Positions 25,674 through 38,411 are shown, counted from the first letter of the whole stretch. The stretch: DNA of 63,284 nt, filler included, from Basidiobolus ranarum (GCA_040143965.1; 31 parts of 31 records of this genome joined end to end with filler, not necessarily neighbours in it); one strand, 5' to 3'. A program made the numbers and translations. Notes: generated from the letters alone by a model not told the origin.

Positions 25674-26049
25674 GAATCAAAACATTGAACAAATCACTGC
25701 TGACAAAGGAGAGATGACAGCACAGCTTATCCAGGTGCTATTTCTGTGTTATGACATACATGGTTCACTAACTGCAGCTTATGATTCATAGGCAAATGGG
25801 ATGATAGAGATACCCTTTGTGAACTCAATGGCAAAGTCTTGGCAGGGGAAACCATGACTTTAGCCACATGAGCTGCACATACTACTATAGGCTCACAATA
25901 TCACTACAAAGAGAGCAACTAGAATTTCATCCTGTAGACTAAGATATAGGTTGAAATAATCATTATATTAGTTTCTCCCTTTTACTCTATATTCCATGTT
26001 TGACTTGCTCATATCTTTTATCCAATAATATCACATCACTGGTACTCCC

Positions 26050-26260
26050 CCATTGTTGAAGATTTATCAATATTGATCCATGTTTGGCCTATTATTTGCT
26101 GGAAATTTCTATAGTATTCTTGAAAAATTCCACAAGATTTGTAAAACATTCAATGACTGATTGGATTTAAGCCAATCAAGACTTGATTCTTCCAGAATAT
26201 TCCAGGAATTTTGGGTTTAGTCCACAGATATCCAGAACATTTCAAGGATTACCTTTTGTA
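26050..26260 (-). repeat. Unclassified dispersed repeat (possibly an LTR)
   Basis: The reverse complement resembles 31915-32110 (CAATCAGTCAT..AATCTTGTGGAAT..). Confidence 0.45.
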
Positions 26261-26329
26261 TGATTGCTGATGATATCCTATCACCACATTCTCTTCAATG
26301 GAATTTTATTGAACTCTGTGAAAGCTCTT

Positions 26330-26539
26330 GACTAACAACTACTAGTAGTGATTAACTTGTTTTTGCTTCTATTACTTTTGTTGTCTCCTTGATATTTCCA
26401 CAGAAGGAACTTTGCTTAAACCTCTGCACTGAGTTGGTTGGTTTGATCCTGCTGAAGTTCCTGTACCTTGGCCAGCATGAGTTGTGGCTTGAGGTCAATG
26501 TGCTCTGGTATGCATTGGCTTGTCCAGTCTAGTTTCCGG
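26330..26539 (-). mobile_element. Fragment of the RGACTTGTTC-family long ORF, 3' part
   Basis: The reverse complement aligns with about 40015-40235. Confidence 0.7.
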
Positions 26540-26639
26540 NNNNNNNNNNNNNNNNNNNNNNNNNNNNNNNNNNNNNNNNNNNNTTAATTAATTAANNNNN
26601 NNNNNNNNNNNNNNNNNNNNNNNNNNNNNNNNNNNNNNN

Positions 26640-26763
26640 GTTTTCTATATTTCTGTCAAAATGTATAAATGTTTTATTTCTGGACAATAAACAATTATCT
26701 CACAAAGTTATTCACAGTTCCAATTTTCTAAAGTTCCTCCAAACAGCCCATGTTTTCCCAATA
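26640..26763 (+). mobile_element. Copia family-D LTR 3' end
   Basis: Aligns with 32382-32504. Confidence 0.8.
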
Positions 26764-28458
26764 CTAATGTGTTAAATGTGTTAAAGAGGGTCCCAGGAAT
26801 ATATGTGCAAAGTTTGGGGCTTCTAGCACAAGTTTGAAAAGTCTATTTATCTGAGAACTTCTACGTTAATAAAAATATTATGAGTAAATTCCAATTGAGA
26901 GTAATGGATAATATTTCAGTGAAAGATAAGATAACCAAGTACCAAGCTATATATGACTATATAGGTGCTTAGGAAATGATAATTTCAACACTCTCCCTTA
27001 ACCAAATAGTCATTTAATCTAATCCTAAGGAAGGTCTCAATTTCTCCAATTTCTGTCTAGCTGATGATGTGGTTAATATATCAGCAATCATGTCTTTGGT
27101 AGAACAATAAGTCAAGTCAATAGACTTATTCTCTATAGTCTCTCTGATGAAGTGATGCTTCATATCTATGTGTTTGCTTCTATTATAAAACATGGGATTT
27201 TTAGCTAATAAGATATAACATTGAATATCTTCAAAGATTGTAGTTGATGAATTTTGAGAATAAACTAAATCTGTCAATAATTTTCTTAACCATGTTGCTC
27301 CTTTTCTTGCTTCACAGGTAGCCATGTATTCTGCTCCTGTTATTGAAAGTGCTATGGTAGGTTGTTTCTTTGAATTCCAAGTAATGGCTCCATTAGAGCA
27401 AAGAAATAAGTATTCTGTTGTAGATCTCCTGTCTACATTATCTCCCCCAATTTGCATCTGAATATCACATCAGATCAAGGTTTGATCCAGAATATGTGTA
27501 TTTTAAGCACAGATCCACACTATCTTTCAAATATCTGAAAATCCACTTAACTGCTATGATTTGATTAGATCCATAATTTTGAAGATATTGGCAAGTAACT
27601 CCCACATAGTAGACAATATCTGGCCATTTTCCAACCATGATATACATCAAACTACCAACCATAGATTGCAAAGGAAGTTTCTGGCTTCTATTTGAATACA
27701 AGAACATCTGATATGAGCCATTTTTGGTCAAGTAATGATTTATTTCCATTAGGATTAATACTGGACTACATTTGCCTATTTAAAAGCTTCTTGAGTATAT
27801 CTAGGAAATAATTAGACTGGTTTAAAGCTATTGTTTTGGTGTTATATCTATTGGAATTGGGACTCCAAGACAGTATGTCAGTTCACCAACATCAGTCATT
27901 TGAAATTTGGCAGATAGGCTGGATTTGGCTTTTTCCAAAGTCTTTAAGTCAATGGTTGCTATAATATAGACATCTGCATATAAAGATAATAAAGCTGGAT
28001 TTGTGTTATCTGGTCTGAAGTAGATACTGTAGTCAGCACTACTCTTTTGGAATTAGAGTGCTTCCAAAAGAGCATCTATCCAGCTATTCCAAGCTCTTGG
28101 AGAATGCTTTAAGCCATAGAGGGTTTCCCAGAGCCTTCAAACTCTTTTAGAGTTTTCTATGCCTGAAAATCAATCTGGCCAGTCTATATGGATCTCCCCA
28201 GCAATATGACCATTTAAAGAAGGAGTTTTACATCAATTCAGTGTATAATAAACTGATATTTAGCTGAAATTGCCAAAATCAATCTTATTGAATTAAACTT
28301 TGCTACAAGACCAAAAGTTTCTGTATAGTCTATTCCTAATGTTTCTGATTAGCCTTTGGCTACTAGTCTAGCCTTGTACCTTTTTATGTTGCCATCAGAG
28401 TTGTATTGAATTTTAAACACCCATTGGCAGGCAATTGATTTTCAATCATCATATAAGT
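26764..28458 (-). mobile_element. Copia family A: RT, RNase H, PPT and 3' LTR start (26990)
   Basis: DRRSTTEYLF..WNSKKQPTIALS..SKHIDMKHHFIRE..MIADILT; PPT TTAAGGGAGAG then TGTTGAAATT. Confidence 0.93.
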
Positions 28459-28585
28459 TGGTTAAAATCCAAGTTATTATATATATATGTGAATAATGTG
28501 AGAATTAGCAATTCCATATTGGAAATTTCAAACTCGTCCAAATTGCCCCAAAGATAGCTCATTTTACTCCCACAGATGTTCTGAA
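28459..28585 (+). mobile_element. Copia family-D LTR internal fragment
   Basis: Aligns with about 32257-32363. Confidence 0.75.
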
Positions 28586-28685
28586 NNNNNNNNNNNNNNN
28601 NNNNNNNNNNNNNNNNNNNNNNNNNNNNNTTAATTAATTAANNNNNNNNNNNNNNNNNNNNNNNNNNNNNNNNNNNNNNNNNNNN

Positions 28686-29661
28686 GTACTGAAGGAGCAG
28701 GAAGTTAGTAAACCCAAGGGAAAAGCAAAGGAGCCAGTGAGTTTAGGCTCTACTGTCCCACTTACCTAATTCTTCACACCATTACAAAGATCTGCATTTT
28801 CAGAGTCAGATATACTGGCAAAAAAGCTTAATTTCACCATGGAACCAGGTACACTAGTTGGCAGAGTGCTAAACTTGCAAGTCTATATAACACTTGGCAT
28901 CTCTCAACAAGCCAAAACACCGGCAAATAAAGCTCACAGATCTCCAACCTCAACTGTTACTTTTCAAATTGTTGAAATTAGCCCCAAAGTTAAAGGCAAG
29001 TAAAAAGCCACACAAACACTTCAAAGCACCCTCAGTAGTGCCACATTAAAAGGACTCTTAAAATAGTCAAAGTGCTTGAAGAGTATTTTCAAAAGTATGA
29101 ATGGAAAAACATAGTGCTAGTATGCAGAAAGTGGCTTCAGAAGTAGAACATTCAACTTGACTTTCAGTCTGGTGTTGACCATACAGACATCTGGGAAGAA
29201 CTTAATACAGAGTAGCATAATATCACAGGGTATCCACCAGATAGCTGGATGAATTTTGATTCAGCAACATTAATACAATGGTGGGCTTTGATGGAGGTAT
29301 TGATACAAACTTGTGTTGGGTATTAGCTAAACCTTGAGTATGAAGAACTCTATAAAATTATTCAAGAGAATAGATCAAAGAAACTAGGGATATTGAAGAT
29401 GATAAATTAGCATTCAAGTGGTAAATTTGTAAAATATGAGTTACAGTTTTGCACATATGTTGATCCATAGCTCTCTGAGATTGTAGCCAATCATGTGCAA
29501 CTATTTTCCAAGATCTTGAAATTTCACTCCAGAAACTGAAAAAATTGATTTAAATCAAATCTAACTTTACAATTCTATGATGGTAAGTAAATGGTCAATT
29601 TCAAATGGATTAAAATTGTGATGAATATTCTACAATAACAATCCTCAAATTTCTGTTAGGG
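28686..29661 (+). mobile_element. CACTA-like ORF2 3' half and A-end TIR
   Basis: Overlaps 18005-18354; ends ATTTCTGTTAGGG. Confidence 0.88.
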
Positions 29662-30630
29662 TTGAATACAGCTTTCACATTTAGTAATTCCTGAGGGCTT
29701 AAGATCCATTCCAGTACATAGGCTATTTTTATATAAAAGTTTCACACTATTATAGTTTAAGTGACCCAAGCCCTGATGCCAAGTCATCAAGTTTCCAGAA
29801 GTAATTGTTGCAAAAGTTAGAAACAGTCTCAGTTATTGGTGCAATAGCCATGTGATATAGATTCCCAATTCTTGTTCCAGTTGTTACTATCAAATTCTTT
29901 CATTTGTATATGGATGCTTTTCCTTGGCTAAATTTGACATCATAACATTTCTTTTCAATTGCTGCAAATGAAAATAGGTTTGCTATAAAAGATAATACAT
30001 ATAAGACATCTTCCAAGGTTACCATTACACTTTTGATACGACTTATTTGTAAATCAAGTGTGGCCTCTCCTGTTCCATATGCAACCAGTTTGTTCCTTCC
30101 AGCTACTGTGATGTCAAGAGGTTCTATTTCCTTATAGTCATGCATTATGTTCATATTGTGACAAATATGTTCACTTGAATCAGAATTCAGAAGACATACA
30201 TCAGCAGAGTCATTTCCTGATTTAGAGGGTGCCATAAGTACATAGTGTTCATTTGCTCTTTTACTGGTATTATATGTTTCCTGTTTTTTTTAAACCCATC
30301 TCTTCTTTGATTAGCAATAATGTGCTATGTGTTCCAGTTTTCCATATTTGTAACATTTCACAGTGCTCATTTCTGTTTAGCTATTTTGAGAATAAAGTTT
30401 TTGTGTAGTCTCTGTTTCATTTGCAAGCTGACTTTTATCTTTCCTTTTGAATTCTTTGTGACATAGACAAGTGATCAGATAATGCTGAGTAAGCTTATCC
30501 ACAATTGCTTCCAAAGTGAGTACTAAAGCTGAATATAATTCAGGGAGACCAATAATTATGGTAAGAATTATATCCAGTTCTGGTACTTAATAATTCACTG
30601 ACTCCAGATGTTGGGCAAGTTTCTTGACAC
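29662..30630 (-). mobile_element. Copia gag (zinc knuckle), protease and GAG-pre-integrase, decayed; family B-like
   Basis: KCYKYGKLEHIAHYC, LNSDSSEHIC, LEDVLYV..IANLFS. Confidence 0.85.
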
Positions 30631-30730
30631 NNNNNNNNNNNNNNNNNNNNNNNNNNNNNNNNNNNNNNNNNNNNTTAATTAATTAANNNNNNNNNNNNNN
30701 NNNNNNNNNNNNNNNNNNNNNNNNNNNNNN

Positions 30731-30821
30731 GTTTTTATGACGGTAAGTAAACGGTCAACCCCAAATGGATTAAAATTGTGACGGTTTTCCTACAATAACA
30801 ATCCTCAAATTTCTGTTAGGG
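30731..30821 (+). mobile_element. CACTA-like A-end, CpG-retaining copy
   Basis: Ends TTTCTGTTAGGG. Confidence 0.85.
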
Positions 30822-31705
30822 TGATGGATGTAATACCATGGGTTGAAGAGACTCCAGAGTATATTAACCTGCTAAAAAAGGGCTGTTTTCAAGGTGCTCA
30901 CAGGTTTTTGCATTGTTTGAGCAACAAAGCCCAATCCATCGACACAGAGTAAGTACCTCCATAATGGGACTAATTTGCTTGTGTGATAATCTGAAGGAAT
31001 TTTTGGGAAAGCTGCAAGACAGATTTGTTGGTGAGATAGATTAAGATACACAGTATTACTGTTTTGGCCATGGGGTGATCTATTCAAGCAATGACATATC
31101 TACTTGTGGCAGGACATTTGTTGACTGCAAGTTGGAGATATATTGGCTAAATTCTTTATGGAAATTTGCCAAAATCTGGGAGCTTATTCTCATTGTGAAT
31201 GGTAACAAGCATCAGCTATTTGTCAAGTGTCAGTGCTATTCAAGATTTCAGATGTTGAGCAATTTTTCCACTGTTTGTTTGCTGGTAAAGCATATTGATG
31301 TTGTTGAGTTGTGTCTAATCAGTCAAATATGTGCATATGTAGAGACTAAACACTACAAGATTCTTGTATTTTTTGATTCTCATTATGGCTGGAATACAAA
31401 GCCTAAAATATCCAAATAAAGGCATGCATATTAATTAGAATTCCTACAGCAGTAAACTCAGTAATTTGCCATTTGAGAATTATATTTTTTCCAAAACTGC
31501 CAGATATGGCATAATGCATGCCAATTTGAGGATCAATGTCTTAACATGTAGGAATACCATCAAAATACTGTCAAGAAACCACCATCACACTATCAAAATC
31601 CCTGGCAGAATGCAAGCCAGCAATATTGTGACAGTTCTTTGATGGTTTTTGCTATTTTGGAGGGTGGATCCAATCCAGATCAAATGAATTTTATTTTTGT
31701 TATGG
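30822..31705 (+). mobile_element. CACTA-like transposase 3' end and B-end
   Basis: Stop at 31419 (..YGWNTKPKISK*), then TTTATTTTTGTTATGG. Confidence 0.85.
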
Positions 31706-31898
31706 GAATGGGATGGTGTCATAATGTCCCTCATGGTGTGAATTGCGTGCTATAGGACCAAGCCATGGTGACTGACATATTGCACCAGATATTGTGATAG
31801 CAGGCTGGATTAAGCAGCACAATCTGACCTGGTCCAACTGAACAAGTCTAGTATATTGAGCCAAGGCCAGATAAATCCTGGCATAATGCAACAAGTCC
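31706..31898 (+). mobile_element. Two nested ends of RGACTTGTTC-family TIR elements
   Basis: The end GAACAAGTCT at 31849 matches 40560-40628; the end AACAAGTCC at 31898 matches the MITE 58628-58680 inverted. Confidence 0.65.
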
Positions 31899-32126
31899 AT
31901 TATAAATCAAATGATTGGTAATCTATGGAATGTTCTGGAAAGTTTTAAAATTATCCTGAAAGTGATGAAATATACCAATAGACTCAAGTTATGATTAGTC
32001 CAATTTCAATCAGTCATAGAATATTCTAAGAATCTTGTGGAATGTTCCAGAAGATAATAGAAGGTTCTAGAAAGTAATATTGCAAATGTTGGTTAATGTT
32101 GAAAAGTATTAAATAAGAGGGAAAAG

Positions 32127-32567
32127 TGTTGAAGTTTATTGTCTTTATCATATTTGTTATCTCTATCTTTATACACCTAACTATTTGATATATTACATGT
32201 AAGTTAGTTAACATTACTTAGTCAAATATCACTTAGCTGAAAATTGAATCATAGATTATATATATATGTGAATACTGTGAGAATTAGCAATTCCATATTG
32301 GAAATTTAAAACTTGTCCAAATTGCCCCAAAGATAGCGCATTTTACTCCCATAGATGTTCTGAACACCATCCCAGTGTTAATTTTCTGTATTTCCATCAA
32401 AATGAATTAATGCTTCATTTCTGGACAATAAACAATTATCCCACAAAGCTATTGATACCTCCACTTTTATAAAGATCCTCCAAACAGCTCATATGTTCCC
32501 AATAGGTTATGAGCCCCATGTTCTAACCTTTACAGCATGGCAGACACCACTACTACCACTTTTATTA
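32127..32567 (+). mobile_element. Copia family D: 5' LTR (32127-32504), PBS GGTTATGAGCCC (32505-32516) and probable gag start
   Basis: TGTTGAAG...CCCAATA followed directly by the half-tRNA PBS. Confidence 0.85.
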
Positions 32568-32675
32568 CCCTAACAAAAATAAAATTGATTTGATCTGGAT
32601 TGGATCCACCCTCCAAAATAGCAAAACCATCAGAGAACCATCACAATATTGCTGGCTTGCAATCTGCCAGGGATT
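32568..32675 (-). mobile_element. CACTA-like B-end
   Basis: CCCTAACAAAAATAAAATTGATTTGATC. Confidence 0.85.
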
Positions 32676-32775
32676 NNNNNNNNNNNNNNNNNNNNNNNNN
32701 NNNNNNNNNNNNNNNNNNNTTAATTAATTAANNNNNNNNNNNNNNNNNNNNNNNNNNNNNNNNNNNNNNNNNNNN

Positions 32776-33571
32776 AATGGTAACAAGAGTCAGCTATTTG
32801 CCAAGTGTCAGTACTATTCAAAATTTCAGATGTTTAGCAATTTTTCCACCATTAGTTTGCTGGTAAAGCATATTGATGTTGTTGAGGTATGTCTAATCAG
32901 TCAAGTATGTGCATATGTAGAGGCTAAACACAGTGAGATTCTTGTATTTTTTGATTCTCATTATGGCTGGAGTACAAAGCCTAAAATATCTAAATAAAGG
33001 CATGCATATTAATTTGAATTCCTACAGCAGTAAACCCAGTAATTTGCCATTCAAAATTATATTTTTGCAGAAATTGCTGGATATTGAATAACACATGCCA
33101 AATTTGAGGATCAATATTTTAACATGTATGAATACTGTTAAGATATCTTCAAGATACCGCCATCGCACCGTCAAAATCCCTAGCAGAATGCAGGCCAACA
33201 ATATTGTGATGGTTCTCTGATGGTTTTGCTATTTCAGAGGGTGGGTCCAATCCAGATCCAATTGATTTTATCTTTGTTAGGGATGAAAGAAACTAGGTAT
33301 TTCAAAAGTGACAAATTAGTGTTCAAGTGGTAAACATATAAAATATGAGTAATGTTTTTTGCACATTTGTTGATACATAGTTCTCTGATATTGTAGCTAA
33401 TCATGTGCAACTATTTTGCAAGATCTTGAAATTTCACTCCTAATATGGAAAAAACTGATTAAAATCAAATGTAACTTGATAATTTTACAATGGTAAGTAA
33501 ATGTTTAATCCAAAATGGATTAAAATTGTGAAGGTTTACCTATCATCATAATCCTCAAATTTCTGTTAGGG
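32776..33571 (+). mobile_element. CACTA-like B-end copy (ends 33282) nested in another copy near its A-end (ends 33571)
   Basis: TTTGTTAGGG at 33282 and TTCTGTTAGGG at 33571. Confidence 0.85.
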
Positions 33572-33700
33572 ACAAGGTAAACTGGATGAATTGGGACAAA
33601 ATTGCTAAGAAAGGATGGCACAGCAGATATGATATCATAAACTAATAATGGAAGAGTTCCATTTGCAGTGGATGAGTATGTTGAGATCAGAATCATGACA
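33572..33700 (-). mobile_element. Chromovirus LTR 5' fragment
   Basis: The plus strand ends GATCAGAATCATGACA. Confidence 0.85.
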
Positions 33701-34411
33701 TATAGTCCTGTTAGCTCTTTCAGCAACTGCATTTTGTTGAGATGAATAGGGGGCAGTAGTTTCTTGCTTAATTAAATGAACTTTGTAAAAGTGCTTTAAT
33801 AGTGTTGAAGTACATTCTTGACCATAACACATATGTAATTTCTTGTACTTAATTCCAGTTTCAGTCTCCACAAGCACTTTAAAATCTCTAATGATACAAA
33901 CAGCTGCTTCTTTTCTTTCCATTAAGTAGACCAAAGCGTATCTTGTATTATCATCAATAAATGTATTTAAGTATCTTTTTCTGCCTAAAGATAAATTTTG
34001 CAATGGCATCCAATATGTTATCATCTCCTATCAAAACCCTTCTAATTAGATTTCTTCATTATCCATAAACCAATCTTTTTCATTTGTGAAATGTTGTGAG
34101 GCTCCAGAATTAATATACCATGTCTAAGAATGCTTGTTGGTAGCCATAGATGGAACAGATATGAACATGTGATCCTTGGCTGTAACCATATTTCCAATAT
34201 CAGCAAATTTTTCTTCTTTTGCAAATCTCTTAAATCAATCTTTGCCAAAATGGCCAGTTTTTTTACAGTAATCACAGAATGTGTTACTTTTCTTTCTAGA
34301 GTGCTTTTGACCATTATGGGAAAGTTTCCCATGGCCTATTAAAGCATTTCCCTCATTCTTTTGGTTGGATTCTAATTTGCCTAAATCTTCAACCAGAAGT
34401 CTGTTAAATAC
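33701..34411 (-). mobile_element. Copia family A gag-protease-integrase remnant with an internal deletion
   Basis: FCDYCKKTGHFGKD, WYINSGASQH, TFIDDNTRY..QNAVAERANR. Confidence 0.88.
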
Positions 34412-34720
34412 TGTCACAATAAGGGACTGAACAATGACTGGGAACAACAACAAGAGGCTAGAAGGCAGGAGAATATTTGGGTGTAGATGGAAAGATAAGA
34501 CAAGACTGGACAAAGAAGATACTTTGGCAAGAATCTTTATTGATAACTGGCATTGATCAGACTGAGGTCTGATCAAGGAATACATGAGGCTTATATAGAT
34601 ATTGCAAGGTGAAACATAATATACTGAATAGGGAATATACTGTGGCAAGTTCCAGAGTTGGGGTGTTAGGGACTACAAAGACCAATACAAAAAGGGATGA
34701 TGTAAGGATGATCAGGTGAC
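34412..34720 (-). mobile_element. Chromovirus LTR 3' part
   Basis: The plus strand starts TGTCACAATAAGG. Confidence 0.85.
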
Positions 34721-34820
34721 NNNNNNNNNNNNNNNNNNNNNNNNNNNNNNNNNNNNNNNNNNNNTTAATTAATTAANNNNNNNNNNNNNNNNNNNNNNNN
34801 NNNNNNNNNNNNNNNNNNNN

Positions 34821-35339
34821 GGATTTATATATATTCAAGTGGAATTTTGAGAAGATTTCCACCTGATTAGTATTGGCAACATAGGGAATTGTTTGTGGAT
34901 ATTGTTAATATATTCTTACAGCATCAACTCACATTGGCAGATCTCAGGCAGACACAGTGACTGTGCAGATATTTTGTAGTTGGATATGAAAACTTTATTA
35001 CAGGTATAAAGAAAATAGACTGAATCTACACCTGTATTAAAACATTTGCTGCTGCATCTTTCACAATTCTTAGAGATTATAGGCCCTTGGTATACATTCT
35101 GGGAGTCCCCAATGGAGTGCACCTGCAGTGAAATAATGCTCTGTGTGAAATTGTCAGTATTACCATATGCTAATCTGATTAACAATGTATATGCAAAATC
35201 AGTGGTGGATATAAAGCAATTGGTCATGGAGACTCCAGAGTGTATCAACCTTCCAACAAAGTGCTCTTTTCAATGTGTTCATGGGTTTTTGCATTGTTTA
35301 AGCACAATAACAACAACAAAGCCCAATCCATGGACACAA
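34821..35339 (+). mobile_element. CACTA-like transposase fragment
   Basis: HLLLHLSQFLEIIGPWYTFWESPMECTC. Confidence 0.85.
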
Positions 35340-36333
35340 GTTGGAGCATGATCAATCCCAATACAAGAACTTTGCTGATAAAAAAAGAAAGCCAAGTCCA
35401 GATCTCAAGCCCAGAGATTATATTTTGCTACTCCAGAAAAGTATCAACACCAATAGACCTTGTGATAAACTTGATCAAAAAAGACTAGGGCCTTTCAAGA
35501 TTATTAAGCAATTCAATTCAGTTGCCTTCTGCCTTGAACTCACAGCCCATTTCAAAGTCCACAATGTTTTCCATGAGTCTCTCTTGAAGCCACATGCCAG
35601 AAACACCTTCCAGGGCTGATCCATTGACCAACCCCCAGCAATCCAAGTGGAGGAACACCTCGAATGTGAAATTAGCATAATTCTAGATTCCAGAATTTAT
35701 CAACATAAATTGCAATATTTAGTGGACTAGAAGAGATATTCAACAAATGATCAATGATAGGAGCCAGCAACAAATCTTTCCAATTTCAAGGAACTTTACC
35801 AGGAGTATGATGAAGCCTAGCCAGAAAAACCTGGCCCTATGATGTCTGGAAGTCATCACTAAAGAAGGGGATACTGTCATGATTCTGATCTCAGTATATT
35901 GATATATGCAAATAGCACTCTTCTACTATTAGATTATGACATCATATCTGCTATGCCATCCCTTCTTGGCACTATCATGTTGGTTTGTCTAGGTTACCTT
36001 ATATGGAAGTCATGTTTGTTAGAACATTCCATGAAAACTAACCAATCAAGTCAGCCCACACGTAGTGTATTTCTACCTAGACCTTCCATGGATGGTCACC
36101 TGATCATCCCTCTTTGTACTGGTTGTTGTAGTCCCCAACACCTCAACACTTGAACTTGCCACAGTATATTCCCTATTTAGTATATTATGTCTCACCCTGC
36201 AATATCTATTTACGCCCCATGTATTCCTTGATCAGACCTCAGTCTGATCAATGCCAGTTAGCAATAAAGATTCGTGCCAAAGTATCTTCCTTTTCTAGTC
36301 TTGTCTTCTCTTGTCTTCTGGTCTACACCCAAG
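35340..36333 (+). mobile_element. Chromovirus integrase C-terminus, chromodomain, PPT and 3' LTR (from 35875)
   Basis: KLDQKRLGPFKII..KVHNVFHESLLKP, then ECEISIILDSR..LQYLVD*KRY..*EPATNL; PPT AAAGAAGGGGA. Confidence 0.92.
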
Positions 36334-36475
36334 ACTGATTGGAAATAACTCAACAATTTCAATATGCTTTACAAGCAAACAAATGGTGGAAAAATTGGTA
36401 AATATCTGAAATTTGAATATCACTGACACTTGGCAAATAGCTGACTACTGTTACTGTTCATAGTGAGAATAAGAT

Positions 36476-36654
36476 CACTTGATTTCAACAAGAGTATGAT
36501 AGATTTTGGGATCTACTTTAAGAAAGATAAGGACAATCAGGTGATATTTGCCTTATATGTTGATTATGGCTACCAATAATGACAAAGCTCTCAGGAACAC
36601 CAAAAGAGATCTATCAATCCAATTGAAGATGAACAATTTAGGTGAACTTACATA
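36476..36654 (+). mobile_element. Copia RT fragment
   Basis: IFALYVD..KMNNLGEL; similar to 43310-43490 inverted. Confidence 0.7.
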
Positions 36655-36765
36655 CCCTAACAGAAATTTGAGGATTGTTATCGTAGGAAAACCGTCACAA
36701 TTTTAATCCATTTGGGGTTGACCGTTTACTTACCGTCATAAAAACGTCAAGTTAGATTTGATTTT
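36655..36765 (-). mobile_element. CACTA-like A-end, CpG-retaining copy
   Basis: CCCTAACAGAAATTTGAGG. Confidence 0.88.
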
Positions 36766-37171
36766 NNNNNNNNNNNNNNNNNNNNNNNNNNNNNNNNNNN
36801 NNNNNNNNNTTAATTAATTAANNNNNNNNNNNNNNNNNNNNNNNNNNNNNNNNNNNNNNNNNNNNTGCCATATATATATTGTAAGAAATTAGTTAGCATA
36901 AATACATTCATGTGGTTCTTAACATACAGCGAACGTGAGCTAGGCTAGGATAATATTTATAGAAACCAGAATTACTAATATCTCTTCATCACTTGTCTAT
37001 ATGTCAATATCTCTTTACCACTCACTACTAAAATCCTCAATTGTCTGGAGAGAATCATACCAAAATCACGTGATCCACTACCATTTCCAATAGTAATATT
37101 ATTTTCTCATTGGAAATATTTGAACGTTCTTCAATTTCTTAGACAATAACGTTAACAATTCACCACGCTCG

Positions 37172-37522
37172 ATGTATTACGAAAGTCAGCCCTCAGATCC
37201 AAAAGTCGCCAACACCGAAAACATTCGTACCTTACGCTCATATTTAAATCTTAAAGCCAGGGTTAAGGCAACGGATGGTCGAGTTTTTCTTGGAACGTTT
37301 ATGTGCATTGATAAAGGCAAGAATATCATTTTGTCACAAACTGATGAATATCGTGGAGGTAATTCAAGTATACTTTTAGACCAATGTCGGTGTACATTTA
37401 TAATGATTCCTTTTTTTATTTATTTAGATGAAAAGAGATTTGTCGGCCTCGTAATGATTCCTGGCCAACACTTGGTACAAGTGGAAATAGAAAACTTAGA
37501 AGTGTCAGATAAATACGTTTGA
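37172..37522 (+). CDS. NAA38: NatC auxiliary subunit, Sm-like protein (exons 37172-37358 and 37428-37522; 93 aa spliced)
   Basis: LRSYLNLKARVKATDGRVFLGTFMCIDKGKNIILSQTDEYR..EKRFVGLVMIPGQHLV is the Mak31/NAA38 LSM pattern. 69-nt GTAATT...TTTAG intron. Confidence 0.88.
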   Translation: MYYESQPSDPKVANTENIRTLRSYLNLKARVKATDGRVFLGTFMCIDKGKNIILSQTDEYRGGNSSILLDQCRCTFIMIPFFIYLDEKRFVGLVMIPGQHLVQVEIENLEVSDKYV

Positions 37523-38359
37523 ATTAATTTCACTTATTTTTGTATACTGTACCTTACCCTCCTCAAACAAGCTCGGACCAACTCCTGTGAATACATTTTT
37601 ATATACCTATTTTCTGTTCTACTCAATGTATTCGATTTTGACCTCACATCGCTTTCCTAAATATAACGGAGCTCAATGTAGCAACCTAAGACGGAATATT
37701 GTTCTTACCATTACTGTAAGAGTTTTAATCAGCTCATTATGTTGAGTAGTCCAAGGCGTATCTCAGAATCTACAGTAGCTAAAGTAACCAAAGTGATGCA
37801 TAATTAGAATGATAGTTAAACTGCTAAACCAGTACCCATAGAGATAAACATACGAATTTATAAAGCTATGGTGACATAGGAAAATTACCTCAGTCGCAAT
37901 CCTCGTAATTAAAAATCTAATATCCAAGATTCTGACAAAAAGTGTGCAGCGAAAGTAAATATACTCCTATCCATATCCTGATGAACCATTTGTCTGTAGC
38001 TGCATCTACCCACTTGAATCTGGAATAATGAATCGAGATTTGAGATTGTACCAGCTATACAGTTACCAGCATCAGCAGCAAGAGCCTGGTGTGACTCATG
38101 GCTATAATAATCAATTAATATTTAATCCCTCACCTAAATGGCATGTGGTAGATCTCCATAGATTGGAAGGGAAATGCGAGGAGAACTTGTCTTTCTTGGC
38201 TCCATATAGCGTTTTTATCCCTCAAGACTGCGTCAGATCTGGATTTATTTTCATCGGCACTGACACTGACTCTAGGTGATCATGCCATCGGCGGATTGTA
38301 TGGACCAACCATGCCATCTCAACATGGGTATGATCACCAACGATCTGCCACCGCGAAAC

Positions 38360-38367
38360 TATAAAAG
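38360..38367 (+). promoter_or_regulatory. TATA box of the C2H2 gene
   Basis: TATAAAAG about 50 bp upstream of the ATG at 38412. Confidence 0.55.
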
Positions 38368-38411
38368 GTCGCTCGATCTCATCGTAGCATCAACAGTAAA
38401 ATTCTGACAAA

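Noticed and set aside
32115-32126. AAGAGGGAAAAG as the PPT of a second TRIM or tandem element before LTR-D
   Set aside because: The upstream sequence is a different repeat with no LTR-D or PBS, so this is probably a purine-rich target site.
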